Shown piece after piece: positions 10,382-22,232 of a stretch of DNA of 64,000 nt. Position 1 is the first letter of the stretch; every line of letters begins with the position of its first letter. The stretch spans positions 608,001 through 672,000 of the forward strand of contig CAVSCK010000003.1 in assembly GCA_963726455.1 (NCBI GenBank), written 5' to 3'. The notes below the pieces were generated by a model that was given only the letters and a program-made list of their open reading frames with translations, did no database searches and had not been told where the DNA came from. The DNA comes from an uncultured bacterium. Its GTDB lineage: Bacteria > Zixibacteria > MSB-5A5 > CAIYYT01. Position numbers and translations under genes: made by a program.

Positions 10382-10416
10382 AAAAAATAAACGAGCGGGC
10401 CGAAGGCCCGCTCGTT
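10382..10416 (-). terminator. Intrinsic terminator of the nucleotide-sugar operon
   Basis: AACGAGCGGGCC-gaa-GGCCCGCTCGTT stem followed by a U tract on the minus strand. Confidence 0.8.
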
Positions 10417-10449
10417 CGATTCCGTTGGAGATGGAGAAGGTTCGCTTTT

Positions 10450-11759
10450 CTAGAGTCTCTCGATCTTGTTGCGATTAGTCTTGACACGCTTGGTGGCGTT
10501 GCGTGTGTCGAAGATAAGCTTCGCATGCTTGGCAATCGTGGCGTAGTCGTAGCAACTGTGATCGGTCAGGATCACTACCAAATCGGCCGCTCTGAGCAAG
10601 GCCGGTGTCAGATTGGTCGAGTGCAAGTCCTTCTCGCCTTCTTCCATCTTGATCAGCGGCGCGTAGGGATCATTATATTGCACTTTGGCGCCCTGCTTCT
10701 GCAGTAGTCGGATGCAGTCGATGGCCGGCGATTCCCTCAAGTCGGAAATGTCGCGCTTGTATGCAACTCCCAGCACGACGATGCGCGAGCCCTTGATATG
10801 TTTCTGATGTTTGTTCATCAGTCGCGTGACTCGTTCAAGCACGTATTCCGGCATGTGCGAGTTGATATCTCCCGCTAATTCAATAAAGCGCGAGTAATAA
10901 TTCAGACTCTTCAGTTTCCATGACAAATAATGTGGGTCAATTGGAATGCAATGTCCTCCCAGACCGGGACCGGGGTAAAACGGCATAAAGCCGAACGGTT
11001 TGCTCGACGCCGCGTCGATAATCTCCCAGACATTGATCTTCAGACGGTCGCACATCAGCGCCACTTCGTTGACCAAGCCGATATTGACCGAACGAAAAGT
11101 GTTCTCCAGCAGTTTAACCATCTCGGCGGCCTGGGTAGAACTGACCAAATGAACATCACTGATTGCTTGTTCGTAAAACAGCTTGGCCATTTTCAGGCAT
11201 TTCGGAGTATGCCCTCCGACGACGCGCGGAGTATTCTTGGTGCCGTACTTGGCGTTTCCCGGGTCGACGCGTTCGGGACTGAACGCCAGGTAGAAATCCT
11301 TGCCGGTCTTCAAACCCGTTTTCTCCAAGATTGGCAGGATCAACTCTTCCGTCGTTCCGGGATATGTTGTCGACTCAAGAATGACGAGCATTTCCTTGTG
11401 GACATACTTCTGCAATTCCTCGACGGCTCTCAGGATGAACGAGACATCAGGGTCCTTGGTTTTCGACAGCGGGGTCGGCACGCAAATAGCCGCTACGTCA
11501 CACTGTTTCAGCAACGAGAAGTCAGACGTTGCCTTCAGGAGCTTCTTGTTGATGGCATTCTTCACCTGAGCACTGGAGACATCACCGATGTCAGACTTGC
11601 CGGAGTTGACCAGCTTGATTTTCTTTTCCGAAATCTCGAATCCGATGCAGCGAAATCCTTTCGCGCAAAACTCGATCGCCAACGGCAGCCCGACATAGCC
11701 GAGCCCGAAAATACCGATTACGGCACTGTGATTATTCAATTTGTCAGCTAATGTATGTT

Positions 11760-11763
<4 letters not shown>
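10450..11763 (-). CDS. Nucleotide-sugar 6-dehydrogenase (UDP-GlcNAc dehydrogenase WbpA/WecC-like)
   Basis: GLGYVGLP, CVPTP, ESTTYPGTT, PGPGLGGHCIP and YKRDISDLRESP. Confidence 0.9.
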
Positions 11764-13727
<1,964 letters not shown>

Positions 13728-13799
13728 GCTTTTGACACAATCGCTTGCTCGGCCATTTTGCCTTGTCGCCGTCGGCTTCAATCGTTATATACCCTCCCT

Positions 13800-14201
13800 A
13801 TGTTTAAGTTCGGTAAAAACCTGCTCTATTATAAGGCGCCGCCGGTGCTATATGCGGCGCTCATCATCTACGTTTCAACAATGTCGCAGGTAGCGCCTCC
13901 TGATCTCGGCGTCACCTGGACCGACAAGATCTATCACTTCGGTGAGTACTTCGTGTACGCACTGCTGATCTTCCGCGCCTTTCCCAGTGTGCGCAACTCG
14001 CCCAGGAAGGCGCTCTATTACACGCTGCTATTTACCTTCGGGCTTGCCTACGGCGGCATCGATGAACGCGTGCAGTACTACATCCCCGGCCGCGACTCCT
14101 CAGTTTTCGACTGGATGGCCGACGCCGTCGGTTATCTCGTCGGAGGAACGTTGTTTGTGTTGTGGAGACATCGCTGGGCGCGCCGCACCAATTCTATTTG
14201 A
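13800..14201 (+). CDS. VanZ family membrane protein
   Basis: DKIYHFGEY and DE..QYYIPGRDSSVFDWMAD motifs; start trimmed to ATG 13800. Confidence 0.85.
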   Translation: MFKFGKNLLYYKAPPVLYAALIIYVSTMSQVAPPDLGVTWTDKIYHFGEYFVYALLIFRAFPSVRNSPRKALYYTLLFTFGLAYGGIDERVQYYIPGRDSSVFDWMADAVGYLVGGTLFVLWRHRWARRTNSI

Positions 14202-14233
14202 CAATCATTCTCCTGCCGATAACTTAAGCCGTT

Positions 14234-15484
14234 ATGAAATATCAGCGCATCAAGGGCACGGTTGACATTCTGCCCGGTGAATCCGGGAAATGGATCTTTC
14301 TCGAAGAAATCATCCGTGGCGTCATGGCGCGATTCAACTACAAAGAAATTCGCGTACCCGTTTTCGAGATGACCGAACTGTTCGCGCGCGGGATAGGTGA
14401 AGCAACGGACATCGTCAACAAGGAGATGTACACCTTCTCCGACATGGGCGGCCGCAGTGTTACGCTCCGGCCTGAAGCTACGGCGTCGGTAGTCCGCGCC
14501 TTCATCGAGGAATCACTCGGCAAGAAAGCGCCGCTTACGAAAGTCTACTATATCGGGCCGATGTTTCGTCAGGAAAAACCTCAGAAAGGACGCCAGCGCC
14601 AGTTCTATCAATTCGGCGCGGAAGCAATCGGCTCCTCCGATCCGCGCATTGATGCCGAGATCATCGCAGTGAGCGTGCAGGTACTGCGCGACTGTGGCAT
14701 CGACAAGTTTTCCGTTGCGCTGAATTCCGTCGCCACCCCACAGGTGCGCGCCAAACATCGCGAGAAGTTGCTGGAATTTGTCAAGCCGATCACCGAACAA
14801 TTCCCCGAAGTCGACCGCGACAAGATTGGCCGCAATCCTTTGCGACTATTTGATAGCAAACTTGAAATCACCCAGAAACTACTCGTAGGCGCACCGCTGC
14901 TTGAGCAGTTCTATGATGACGATGTCCGCCGTGACTTTGACATCGTGAAGGAAACACTGACTCAGCTTGGCATCCCGTTTACTCTCGATCCGCGGCTGGT
15001 GCGCGGATTGGATTATTACACCAGGACTGCGTTCGAAGTCAGATCGTCGCTGCTCGGTGCACAGGATGCACTTTCAGGCGGAGGACGTTACGATCTTCTG
15101 ATTGAGGAACTCGGCGGCTATTCGACACCCGCAGTCGGTTTTGCGGCGGGAATGGAACGAGCCTTGCTCGCGATGGATGCCGTCGGCTTGAAGGGATACG
15201 AGGAACCGCCCCTGGATATTTTCATCATTGCCGAATCTGATACGGAACGGAAGCAGGCGCTCACGCTCGCACAGAAGTTACGTGAATCGGGCAGGACGGT
15301 TGACCTCGACTATCTCGGTCGCTCGCAAAAAGCGCAGATGAAAGAGGCCTCGCGCCAGAACGCGCGTTTTGCGTTGTTCGTTTTCGCAGACGATATCCCC
15401 GGCGGCAAATTCCAATTCAAGAATCTTTCAACCGGCGATCAGCAGAAGCTATCTATCGACGAGATCCTGCTCCCCATCGCGTAG
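14234..15484 (+). CDS. hisS: Histidine--tRNA ligase
   Basis: LRPEATAS, PQKGRQRQFYQ, LVRGLDYY and GGGRYD. Confidence 0.97.
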   Translation: MKYQRIKGTVDILPGESGKWIFLEEIIRGVMARFNYKEIRVPVFEMTELFARGIGEATDIVNKEMYTFSDMGGRSVTLRPEATASVVRAFIEESLGKKAPLTKVYYIGPMFRQEKPQKGRQRQFYQFGAEAIGSSDPRIDAEIIAVSVQVLRDCGIDKFSVALNSVATPQVRAKHREKLLEFVKPITEQFPEVDRDKIGRNPLRLFDSKLEITQKLLVGAPLLEQFYDDDVRRDFDIVKETLTQLGIPFTLDPRLVRGLDYYTRTAFEVRSSLLGAQDALSGGGRYDLLIEELGGYSTPAVGFAAGMERALLAMDAVGLKGYEEPPLDIFIIAESDTERKQALTLAQKLRESGRTVDLDYLGRSQKAQMKEASRQNARFALFVFADDIPGGKFQFKNLSTGDQQKLSIDEILLPIA

Positions 15485-15500
15485 TCTAGCCCCTTGTGGG
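15484..15500. repeat. Short extragenic repeat, third copy of GTCTAGCCCCTTGTGGG
   Basis: Identical 17-mer to 25843-25859. Confidence 0.6.
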
Positions 15501-15533
15501 AGTCATTCCATCAAAATGCGACAATAACAAAAT

Positions 15534-15559
15534 CGGGGATCGATTTTCACCGATCCCCG
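15534..15559 (-). terminator. Intrinsic terminator between the convergent RRM gene and hisS
   Basis: CGGGGATCG..CGATCCCCG stem with a U-rich tail on the minus strand. Confidence 0.65.
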
Positions 15560-15602
15560 CGTGATCTTCAAACTTATGCCCTTTCAGGCATTTGTCATTC
15601 GA

Positions 15603-15935
15603 CTACCAGCCGCGACGTCCGCCGCCACCACCGCCACCGGGGCGTCCACCACCGGGACGACCACCGCCACCGCCACCTCCACCCGGGCGATTTTCGCGCG
15701 GGCGAGCTTCGCTAACGTTCAACGTACGACCCTGCAGTTCCTTGCCGTTCATGCCGCTGAGCGCAGCCATGGCTTCGGTCTTGTTGGCCATCTCCACGAA
15801 TCCAAAACCCTTGGACTCACCACTGAATCTGTCAGTGATGACCGTGGCCTTGGTGACCGCGCCGAATGCTTCAAAAGCCTGGCGAAGGTCTTCTTCTGTC
15901 GTTTCACGCGACAGATTGCCGACGTAGATGTTCAT
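15603..15935 (-). CDS. RRM RNA-binding protein with Gly/Arg-rich tail
   Basis: RNP2 IYVGNL, RNP1 KGFGFVEM, VSEARPRE; AGGAG SD. Confidence 0.95.
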   Translation of the reverse strand: MNIYVGNLSRETTEEDLRQAFEAFGAVTKATVITDRFSGESKGFGFVEMANKTEAMAALSGMNGKELQGRTLNVSEARPRENRPGGGGGGGGRPGGGRPGGGGGGGRRGW

Positions 15936-16221
15936 TCTACTCTCCTAAGTTGTCCGCCACTTACAGAATACACCTGTGACCCGGCAAGGAACGGACCAGT
16001 TGATGCGCACCATTGCGCCTATTTCCGTATTAATTCTTTTGCTGAGATTAATGCTTACCTGCAAACCCTACTTAAGCTAAAGGAGCTTCATTGACCTGCC
16101 CAATATACGCAATTCAATACTATGCGACCAAATTATTTTTGGAGATTTCGGACTTTCTTCCCCAATAATGCCATGTTGCCCACACGTTTCTGACCGCCGC
16201 CTGATTCGCACGGCACAAACT

Positions 16222-17682
16222 TCAGCACCCTCCACACGGCGGCAGGCCACCGGAAAAAATATACGCGATCAGGTACACTGCATCGGAAATATCAACAGCA
16301 GCGTCGCAAGAAGCATCACCCGCCGTAACGGGATCGGGTCCCGGACCTCCGGAGAAGATGTACGCGATGAGATAGACCACATCAGAAATATCGATGGCAC
16401 CGTCGCCGTTGGCGTCTCCGCGCTTGAGCGAGCTCGTGGTGCCGCTGATGAACTGCGCCCAGCTTGTCGTGGAGGCAATGGGCAACTGCCAGTAATGCGC
16501 GTTGTATTGTGACGTCTCATAAGGATAGTAAATCGCGATGCCGTGCGACCAGGAATAGTCGGGCGCGGCCGAATATCGATTATGCGTGACCGCATTACCA
16601 ACCGCCGCCATGACTTCGCCGGCTGACACGTGCAGATCATACGGGAAATACGCACTTGTATAGATCACCTCGGCGAAACGATACAGATCGGTGTGTTCCA
16701 TATAAAGATAAGATTGATTCGAAGTAATTAGATCCCAGCGAAGGTTGTAGATGTACTGCTTTAACGTCGGATTTTCCGAAGCAGCTCGCAGCTTGCAGGC
16801 AAAATTGCTGACGGCCGTTGTGACCCCGCCGACGCGGGAGAGATCGACACACGACATAGTGTTGAGCGTGCTGCCGTCGATGGAGGCATTGGCAACCGCG
16901 GCTCCAAGTTGCGGCGCCGTCATTGCCGGATTGCTGTTTAGCGCCTGCACGTACAATGTATGATTCCAACCCTCCAGGTATTCGGCCTCCTCCGAGCCGA
17001 CCAGATAGTCAGCATAGTGCGAGGAAATATCCTGAACTTCCCACATCTGCATCAGGCAGGCGTCAAAACCGAGCAGGTCGATCTTCCGGCCCAGATGATT
17101 CGTGATTGCGCTCAACGCAGTTGCATACTCACCGTTGGCAACGCCTATCTGGTTACTGTCGGGAGTGCTCTGGTCGACACCGAACCCCTTGAACAGCGGT
17201 TCGCGGGACGGCGTGCGTTTGTACCAGCCGTCGCCATGATTCCACGCGAACACCGCATACCGTCGCGCCGGAAAATTATCAACGCCCCAGTTTACGAAAT
17301 CGATCAGAGTTTGCGGATCGCCCATGTCGAGTTCACCGAGTGGCGGCAACGTATCGAGGCGGATTGAATTGATGAGGTTCGGATCAGTATCATGTGTGAC
17401 ATAGTAGCGTCGCGTGTCGCTCCAGTTGCCGTCGCTGTTATCATATGCGGGATGGCGGTCAAATTGGACGACCACGTTAACCTGCGGCGAGGAGCCGGCC
17501 ACCTCCATCTCGTTGAAATCGACAAGCGCCCAGTGCTCGAGATCGTTGTCGGCTGCCAGGTAGACCAGCACGGTCCACGCCGCCGTATCAGTGGAGTTGG
17601 GCTGCATACGCCCGTTTTCCGCGATTGCGGATGCACAAAGAAGCGACGACAGAATCACGAAGGCGGCCAGTCTGGATATCAT
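16222..17682 (-). CDS. Secreted clostripain-family (C11) cysteine peptidase with C-terminal dockerin-like domain
   Basis: WTVLVYLAADNDLE, WNHGDGW (His), FDACLM (Cys); two GDA..D...DISD.VYLI.YIF repeats. Confidence 0.9.
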   Translation of the reverse strand: MISRLAAFVILSSLLCASAIAENGRMQPNSTDTAAWTVLVYLAADNDLEHWALVDFNEMEVAGSSPQVNVVVQFDRHPAYDNSDGNWSDTRRYYVTHDTDPNLINSIRLDTLPPLGELDMGDPQTLIDFVNWGVDNFPARRYAVFAWNHGDGWYKRTPSREPLFKGFGVDQSTPDSNQIGVANGEYATALSAITNHLGRKIDLLGFDACLMQMWEVQDISSHYADYLVGSEEAEYLEGWNHTLYVQALNSNPAMTAPQLGAAVANASIDGSTLNTMSCVDLSRVGGVTTAVSNFACKLRAASENPTLKQYIYNLRWDLITSNQSYLYMEHTDLYRFAEVIYTSAYFPYDLHVSAGEVMAAVGNAVTHNRYSAAPDYSWSHGIAIYYPYETSQYNAHYWQLPIASTTSWAQFISGTTSSLKRGDANGDGAIDISDVVYLIAYIFSGGPGPDPVTAGDASCDAAVDISDAVYLIAYIFSGGLPPCGGC

Positions 17683-17739
17683 CTGAGACTCCCGGATAAG
17701 ATCCTATCAATATCTTAGTATTGTTTTCGATGCGATGCT

Positions 17740-17768
17740 AACGTAACCAATTGTGTCCGGAATGTCAA
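17740..17768 (-). promoter_or_regulatory. Putative sigma70 promoter of the clostripain gene
   Basis: TTGACA-17 bp-TACGTT on the minus strand. Confidence 0.5.
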
Positions 17769-17823
17769 GAACTAACTCCGACCGAGATCGGCCGCTACTG
17801 ATTGTTCGTCGGCCACAAAAACA

Positions 17824-17849
17824 GAAGCCCAACCAGTCGGTCGGGCTTC
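17824..17849 (-). terminator. Intrinsic terminator
   Basis: GAAGCCC...GGGCTTC stem followed by TGTTTTTG on the minus strand. Confidence 0.65.
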
Positions 17850-17885
17850 CACACGAGTCTGTCTTGCGTAATTGTCGGGAATCGC

Positions 17886-18179
17886 TTAGAAATTGACGAA
17901 GAAATCCCAGTTGGCGCAGATTTCACGCGCCTTGCCGACCGGAGTATACGGATCGTCGCTGATCTTCGTGACGAAATTCTGATCGGCGCTGCAGACGGTG
18001 ATCATCGGGCTATGACCCGGAGCGAGGCCGTCCTCGGGAACGCGATAAAGCCAGCCGGACTGATGGCAATAGTAGCAGCCGGGCTCGTTCATCTCGTTAA
18101 ACGGAACGGTGACGTTCTTGCGGGTTGTCTTGGTCGTGTCAAAATTTGCCTGATAGGTGCCTGTGCGTCTTCCTGCCAT
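17886..18179 (-). CDS. Small hypothetical protein
   Basis: GGAG SD, own terminator, host-like codon usage; family not recognised. Confidence 0.75.
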   Translation of the reverse strand: MAGRRTGTYQANFDTTKTTRKNVTVPFNEMNEPGCYYCHQSGWLYRVPEDGLAPGHSPMITVCSADQNFVTKISDDPYTPVGKAREICANWDFFVNF

Positions 18180-18378
18180 ATTTCCTCCACTTAGGATTCA
18201 GTAGTTAACAGTATCTGTGTGTCGAACGAATGACAGCACTCGTGTAGTCAACTATCGGCAGGAATGGAAATAATCTTGACGGAAAAGGTGGGATATGATG
18301 AATTTTGTATGAACGGCGGGGAGGGGCGGGTGTTTCAAGAAGAAGTATTAAGGCTGCGGGAGTGGCCCAATCCCCTGG

Positions 18379-19411
18379 TTAGAGCAAGAAATGGATTTCT
18401 GGCTCTAGTGTCTTGGGACAATGTAGCTTGTCGCCGTCCCCGTCCCAAGCAATCAGGATTTGTCTGTCAGAAATCAAATAGTCAGCCATCCATGAGAGAT
18501 CACGTGTGAGCGGGTTTTCCAATAGCAGAACCAGCTTCGCGTACGGCGCATTTTGAAGATAGCGGTACTCGTAAAGTTGCGAAATGCCGCGCCTAATCTG
18601 GTCACGCAGATTGTCCTCGGTTGTGGATTTGACCTCGAACAAGTAATGATTGGCGTCGATCGTCGCTGCAGAGATCAACTAACTTATTGCTTTTTGGCAC
18701 GCCTCCGGCATTCCGCACTCGAGCAGCAACAAGATTCGTCAGTCTCCGATGAGATTCAGTAGCCCTTTCACGAGCAACGTTATCAATAGTGAAAGTTATG
18801 AATTCCAGGGCCTTCTCCGCACGAAATGCCACTTCCATGTAGTCTTTCAGGTCGTACCGAGTAGGCACGAGAGGTTCTTCCACTGACTCGTAGGAAATGA
18901 CCTCTGCTGGTAAGTCTGAGAAATTGGCATAGTATTTTCGTTCAACCTCTGTAACCAAATTTGCGTACTTCAACCATGCGATGATTGTGGAAGTGCGACG
19001 TCCAATCATGGAATTCGTCGTATCGGTGGTGGCTCTCAGAAACTCCTCCAGTTGGGCACGCGAACAGCCGGCATCTTTGTTTCGCTCGAGAAACGGCAGA
19101 AGCCGTTGAAAGAGTTGATTCTGTAGCAAGGCCTTGCTGATAAGTGAGAGATACTCGCCGCCTTTCGCTTTCGCTATTGCGGAGCCAAGAGGAGTGAGAA
19201 TCGATTCGTTTCGCTTGACCCCTTTTGCAACAATCCCGAGGTTCTCGGCTGCCTTGCGATAATATCTTCCCTGCCGTTCAACCGTCCCGATTTCGCGAGC
19301 AATTGCCTGATAGGTCACTTTACCTTTCGATACGGCGCGAGCAACACCTACCACTTTCTCCAGCGTATCCGCCTGAGAAATCTCGCTCGTGTCAAGCTTA
19401 ATTTCGGCCAT
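18379..19411 (-). CDS. Putative restriction endonuclease (N-terminal HTH-like domain plus PD-(D/E)xK nuclease), frameshifted near 18668
   Basis: SQAD..EKV and RQGRYY..AA..LG N-domain; VDL / LFEVKS / GISQLYEY nuclease motifs span two frames; follows two methylases. Confidence 0.7.
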
Positions 19412-19413
19412 TC

Positions 19414-20466
19414 CTACCTCGCCACAAAAAGATATTCTGTAACGTCGTTATTATTGTCGCCAACCTTATGGCGGTGGTTACCGAAACTATACTTGTGTGG
19501 CGTTTCAAACACAACAACGTTCTTCTTGAATTGGCGAAGAATCGCAACCATATCATCCCGATTCGGTATTCCGTTAGAACTGTAGGAAACTACAAGAATG
19601 CTCTTCCTGAAGTGTCTAAACAATCGTAGGAAAGCCGATCTTACGGTAGTCGGAGTACTAAAATCCGTTTGATAAGAGCGAAACTTTTTCGTGGTTGTTC
19701 CGGCCTGAATTTCGAGATCTTTCCAGTAAGTGCATAGGCCTTCGACAAAGTGATACCTGCGGGTATAATCGCAATCAGAGTGTTTCGAAACGTATGGCGT
19801 GTCAATATAGACCAGATCAATGTCGTTCGTCACCGTATCAAACACGTCGAGACATGTGGCGCTGTTTCGCTTCCCATTTGTGAACACTGCGCCGTTGAAG
19901 AGGTCGACCGCGTCAAGGAATTGTTGTCTCATGGTGAGTTTAAGATCGCGCCGACCATCCCACCCCTTGTGACCGGTGAAAGTGAAAATGCCCCTGGGGC
20001 GCTTTTTCATACATGCGCGGCACAATGCTGCCAGGGCAATTGATCTGCTGTTTCGGCCAGGTAATTTATCGATATTTGTCCGCACGTTATCGATAAACTC
20101 GCAGTCCTCTTCACTGAAAAACACATCGACATAATTTCGCCTGACAAAGTCACCGGCCTGCCTATTCTGTTTCAGGAGAAGGGCCACGTCGTTCGGCGAT
20201 AAGAAAATGGTATTATTTTGGATTGTCGCTGCTGCTATGTGATAGGCGAACTTGAGAAAATCGTTGGCCACTACTCTCTTGTTGCGGAGCTTCATGGCGT
20301 AACTCACGCAAGCGGAACCGCTGAAAGCATCCATTACCGAATCGAATTCGATTCGGTCAAGTGATCGCATAATGAACGGGAGAAGCGCCTGCTTGCTTCC
20401 CATGTACTTAGTACTAGGAAATGATGGAGCTAGAATCGAATTCGTAGTTTGCAATAAGTAATTCAC
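19414..20466 (-). CDS. N6-adenine DNA methyltransferase (D12 class, FokI-like)
   Basis: KYMGSK, DAFSGS and DLVYIDTPY (DPPY variant), RRYHFVEGL. Confidence 0.88.
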   Translation of the reverse strand: MNYLLQTTNSILAPSFPSTKYMGSKQALLPFIMRSLDRIEFDSVMDAFSGSACVSYAMKLRNKRVVANDFLKFAYHIAAATIQNNTIFLSPNDVALLLKQNRQAGDFVRRNYVDVFFSEEDCEFIDNVRTNIDKLPGRNSRSIALAALCRACMKKRPRGIFTFTGHKGWDGRRDLKLTMRQQFLDAVDLFNGAVFTNGKRNSATCLDVFDTVTNDIDLVYIDTPYVSKHSDCDYTRRYHFVEGLCTYWKDLEIQAGTTTKKFRSYQTDFSTPTTVRSAFLRLFRHFRKSILVVSYSSNGIPNRDDMVAILRQFKKNVVVFETPHKYSFGNHRHKVGDNNNDVTEYLFVAR

Positions 20467-21301
20467 TAATCTTGCCCCTTCCAGTTGGTCTGCAATTTAT
20501 CTGCCTGCTGGCATCGACCACCAGATGATAATGTCCTTTATATAGGGACAAAATGTCCTCATGATAGGCGTTGCTCAACAACGCCAGCACTCCCACTTCG
20601 GCGAAATCATGAAAGAGTGCTGCCAGCCTTCGGTGGTCATTCACACTGAAGAATTCCTTCGTGTATCGCTTAAAATCAGAAAACTTGCCAACGGGCAGGT
20701 ACGGAGGATCCAAATAGACAAAATCGCCTCGCCGAAGAAACCTGGCTGTCTCTTCAAAATCGCCGCAAAATAAAACGGAATCCTTCAATAGTGTTGAAGC
20801 TGCGCGGACCTTCTTTAGGTCAATGATTTGCACGTCAGTCTTTCCGCAGAAGGGAGTATTGAACTCTCCGCGACGGTTGACTCGATGCAAACCATTGTAA
20901 CAGAGTTTGTTCAGATAGACGAACCTTGCGGCCCTGTCGATAGTACTTAGGCAAGCAGGAACACCTGCCCGGATCTCGTAGTAGGCATCCTTCGAGACCG
21001 GAAGGGACGTTGCAGCCTGGAAGAGTTCCTGAGGATAATCTCGCACAACTTCATAGAAGTTAATCAACTCGAAATTGCTATCAGCAACCACACTACCGGG
21101 CAGCGCGAGGTGCCAGAAAAATGCACCCCCACCCACAAAAAGTTCCGCGTACCGATTGAAAGCTCTTGGCATGGCTTTTTCGAGATGGGGAATGAGTTGC
21201 GACTTTCCGCCGGCCCACTTAAGCAGCGGCCTGACTCCGAAGCTCTTCACTTCTGCGTCAAGGCTAAGGAGACCTTGGGCTATGCACTCTTGGTTCATCA
21301 T
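20414..21301 (-). CDS. Dam-family N6-adenine DNA methyltransferase
   Basis: LKWAGGK, ELFVGGG, YNGLHRVN..GEFNTP and YLDPPY. Confidence 0.92.
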   Translation of the reverse strand: MMNQECIAQGLLSLDAEVKSFGVRPLLKWAGGKSQLIPHLEKAMPRAFNRYAELFVGGGAFFWHLALPGSVVADSNFELINFYEVVRDYPQELFQAATSLPVSKDAYYEIRAGVPACLSTIDRAARFVYLNKLCYNGLHRVNRRGEFNTPFCGKTDVQIIDLKKVRAASTLLKDSVLFCGDFEETARFLRRGDFVYLDPPYLPVGKFSDFKRYTKEFFSVNDHRRLAALFHDFAEVGVLALLSNAYHEDILSLYKGHYHLVVDASRQINCRPTGRGKISELLIANYEFDSSSIIS

Positions 21302-21361
21302 GCAGCATACAACCTTTGACCGGTCACTGTGTCAATCATTTTTCGCAATAAAGTTTCCCCC

Positions 21362-21964
21362 TCAAAACTCCACCCTCCCCTCCAACGCTTTGGCCAACGT
21401 TTGGCTGTCGGCGAATTGGAGGTCGGTGCCGACGGGGAGGCCGCGGGCAATGCGGGTGACTTTGACGCCCAGCGGATGCAGAAGCTTGGCAATGTAAATC
21501 GCGGTGGCTTCGCCTTCGGTGTCCGGGTCGGTCGCCAGAATGATTTCGTCGACCTCGCCTCGCACCCGTTCGAGCAGTTGCCGGATTTTGAGATCATCCG
21601 GGCCGATACCGTCCAGCGGCGACAACACTCCGCCGAGGACATGATATACGCCGCGATAACCCTCGCCTTTTTCGAGTGCGATCAGGTCGTTGGCTTCCTC
21701 GACCACGCAGATTTGTTTCGGGTTGCGTTTGGCATCGACGCAGATGCGGCAGGGGTCGGAGTCGGTCAGGTTGAAGCAGATATGGCATTCCTTGACCTTG
21801 GTCTTGACATCGAGGATCAGTTGCGCGAGTTCATCCGAGTCCTGTTTGGGGAGTTTGAGGATATAGAATGCCAACCGCTGCGCCGACTTGCGGCCGATTC
21901 CCGGCATCCGCGACAGCCGGTTGGTCAGTTTCTCCAATGTGTCCGAGGAAGTTGCTGCTTTCAT
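21362..21964 (-). CDS. recR: Recombination mediator RecR
   Basis: PGIGRKSAQR, C4 zinc finger, YHVLGG, TEGEATA and RIARGLPVG. Confidence 0.97.
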   Translation of the reverse strand: MKAATSSDTLEKLTNRLSRMPGIGRKSAQRLAFYILKLPKQDSDELAQLILDVKTKVKECHICFNLTDSDPCRICVDAKRNPKQICVVEEANDLIALEKGEGYRGVYHVLGGVLSPLDGIGPDDLKIRQLLERVRGEVDEIILATDPDTEGEATAIYIAKLLHPLGVKVTRIARGLPVGTDLQFADSQTLAKALEGRVEF

Positions 21965-21985
21965 GGTTTACCTCTATTATATCAT

Positions 21986-22012
21986 CTGGATTCCCGCCTT
22001 CGCGGGAATGAC
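21986..22012. repeat. REP-like palindrome
   Basis: CTGGATTCCCGCCTTCGCGGGAATGAC, a widespread REP-type hairpin. Confidence 0.7.
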
Positions 22013-22232
22013 ATTCCACCCGCCGGTGTTGTACGCGTAGCGGCAAGGTCTCCTTGTCCATACGCGTGAGTCTGACTCTACGTCGTCAAAGTATGAATCC
22101 GTCGCCTAATGGGCAACAGCGCATTTTCTATCCATTGCGCCTGAAACATCCAATGAAACTTGGGGGTCTAAGATTTCGTAGGAAACTATATAGGTCGTGA
22201 GAATAAGTTTTCCCGATAGATCGAGGTAATGC

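Noticed and set aside
10930-11751. Long alternative ORFs opposite real genes (also 21329-22069, 44490-45248, 53893-54594)
   Set aside because: They lie antisense to clearly identified genes and carry no motifs; such ORFs are expected from GC-rich codon bias.
15561-16094. Plus-strand ORFs with poly-Pro or Thr/Ala-rich sequence
   Set aside because: They are antisense shadows of the Gly-rich RRM gene.
18264-18378. att site or tRNA fragment at the left edge of the R-M cassette
   Set aside because: I found no direct repeat of the recR 3' end and no tRNA-like structure.
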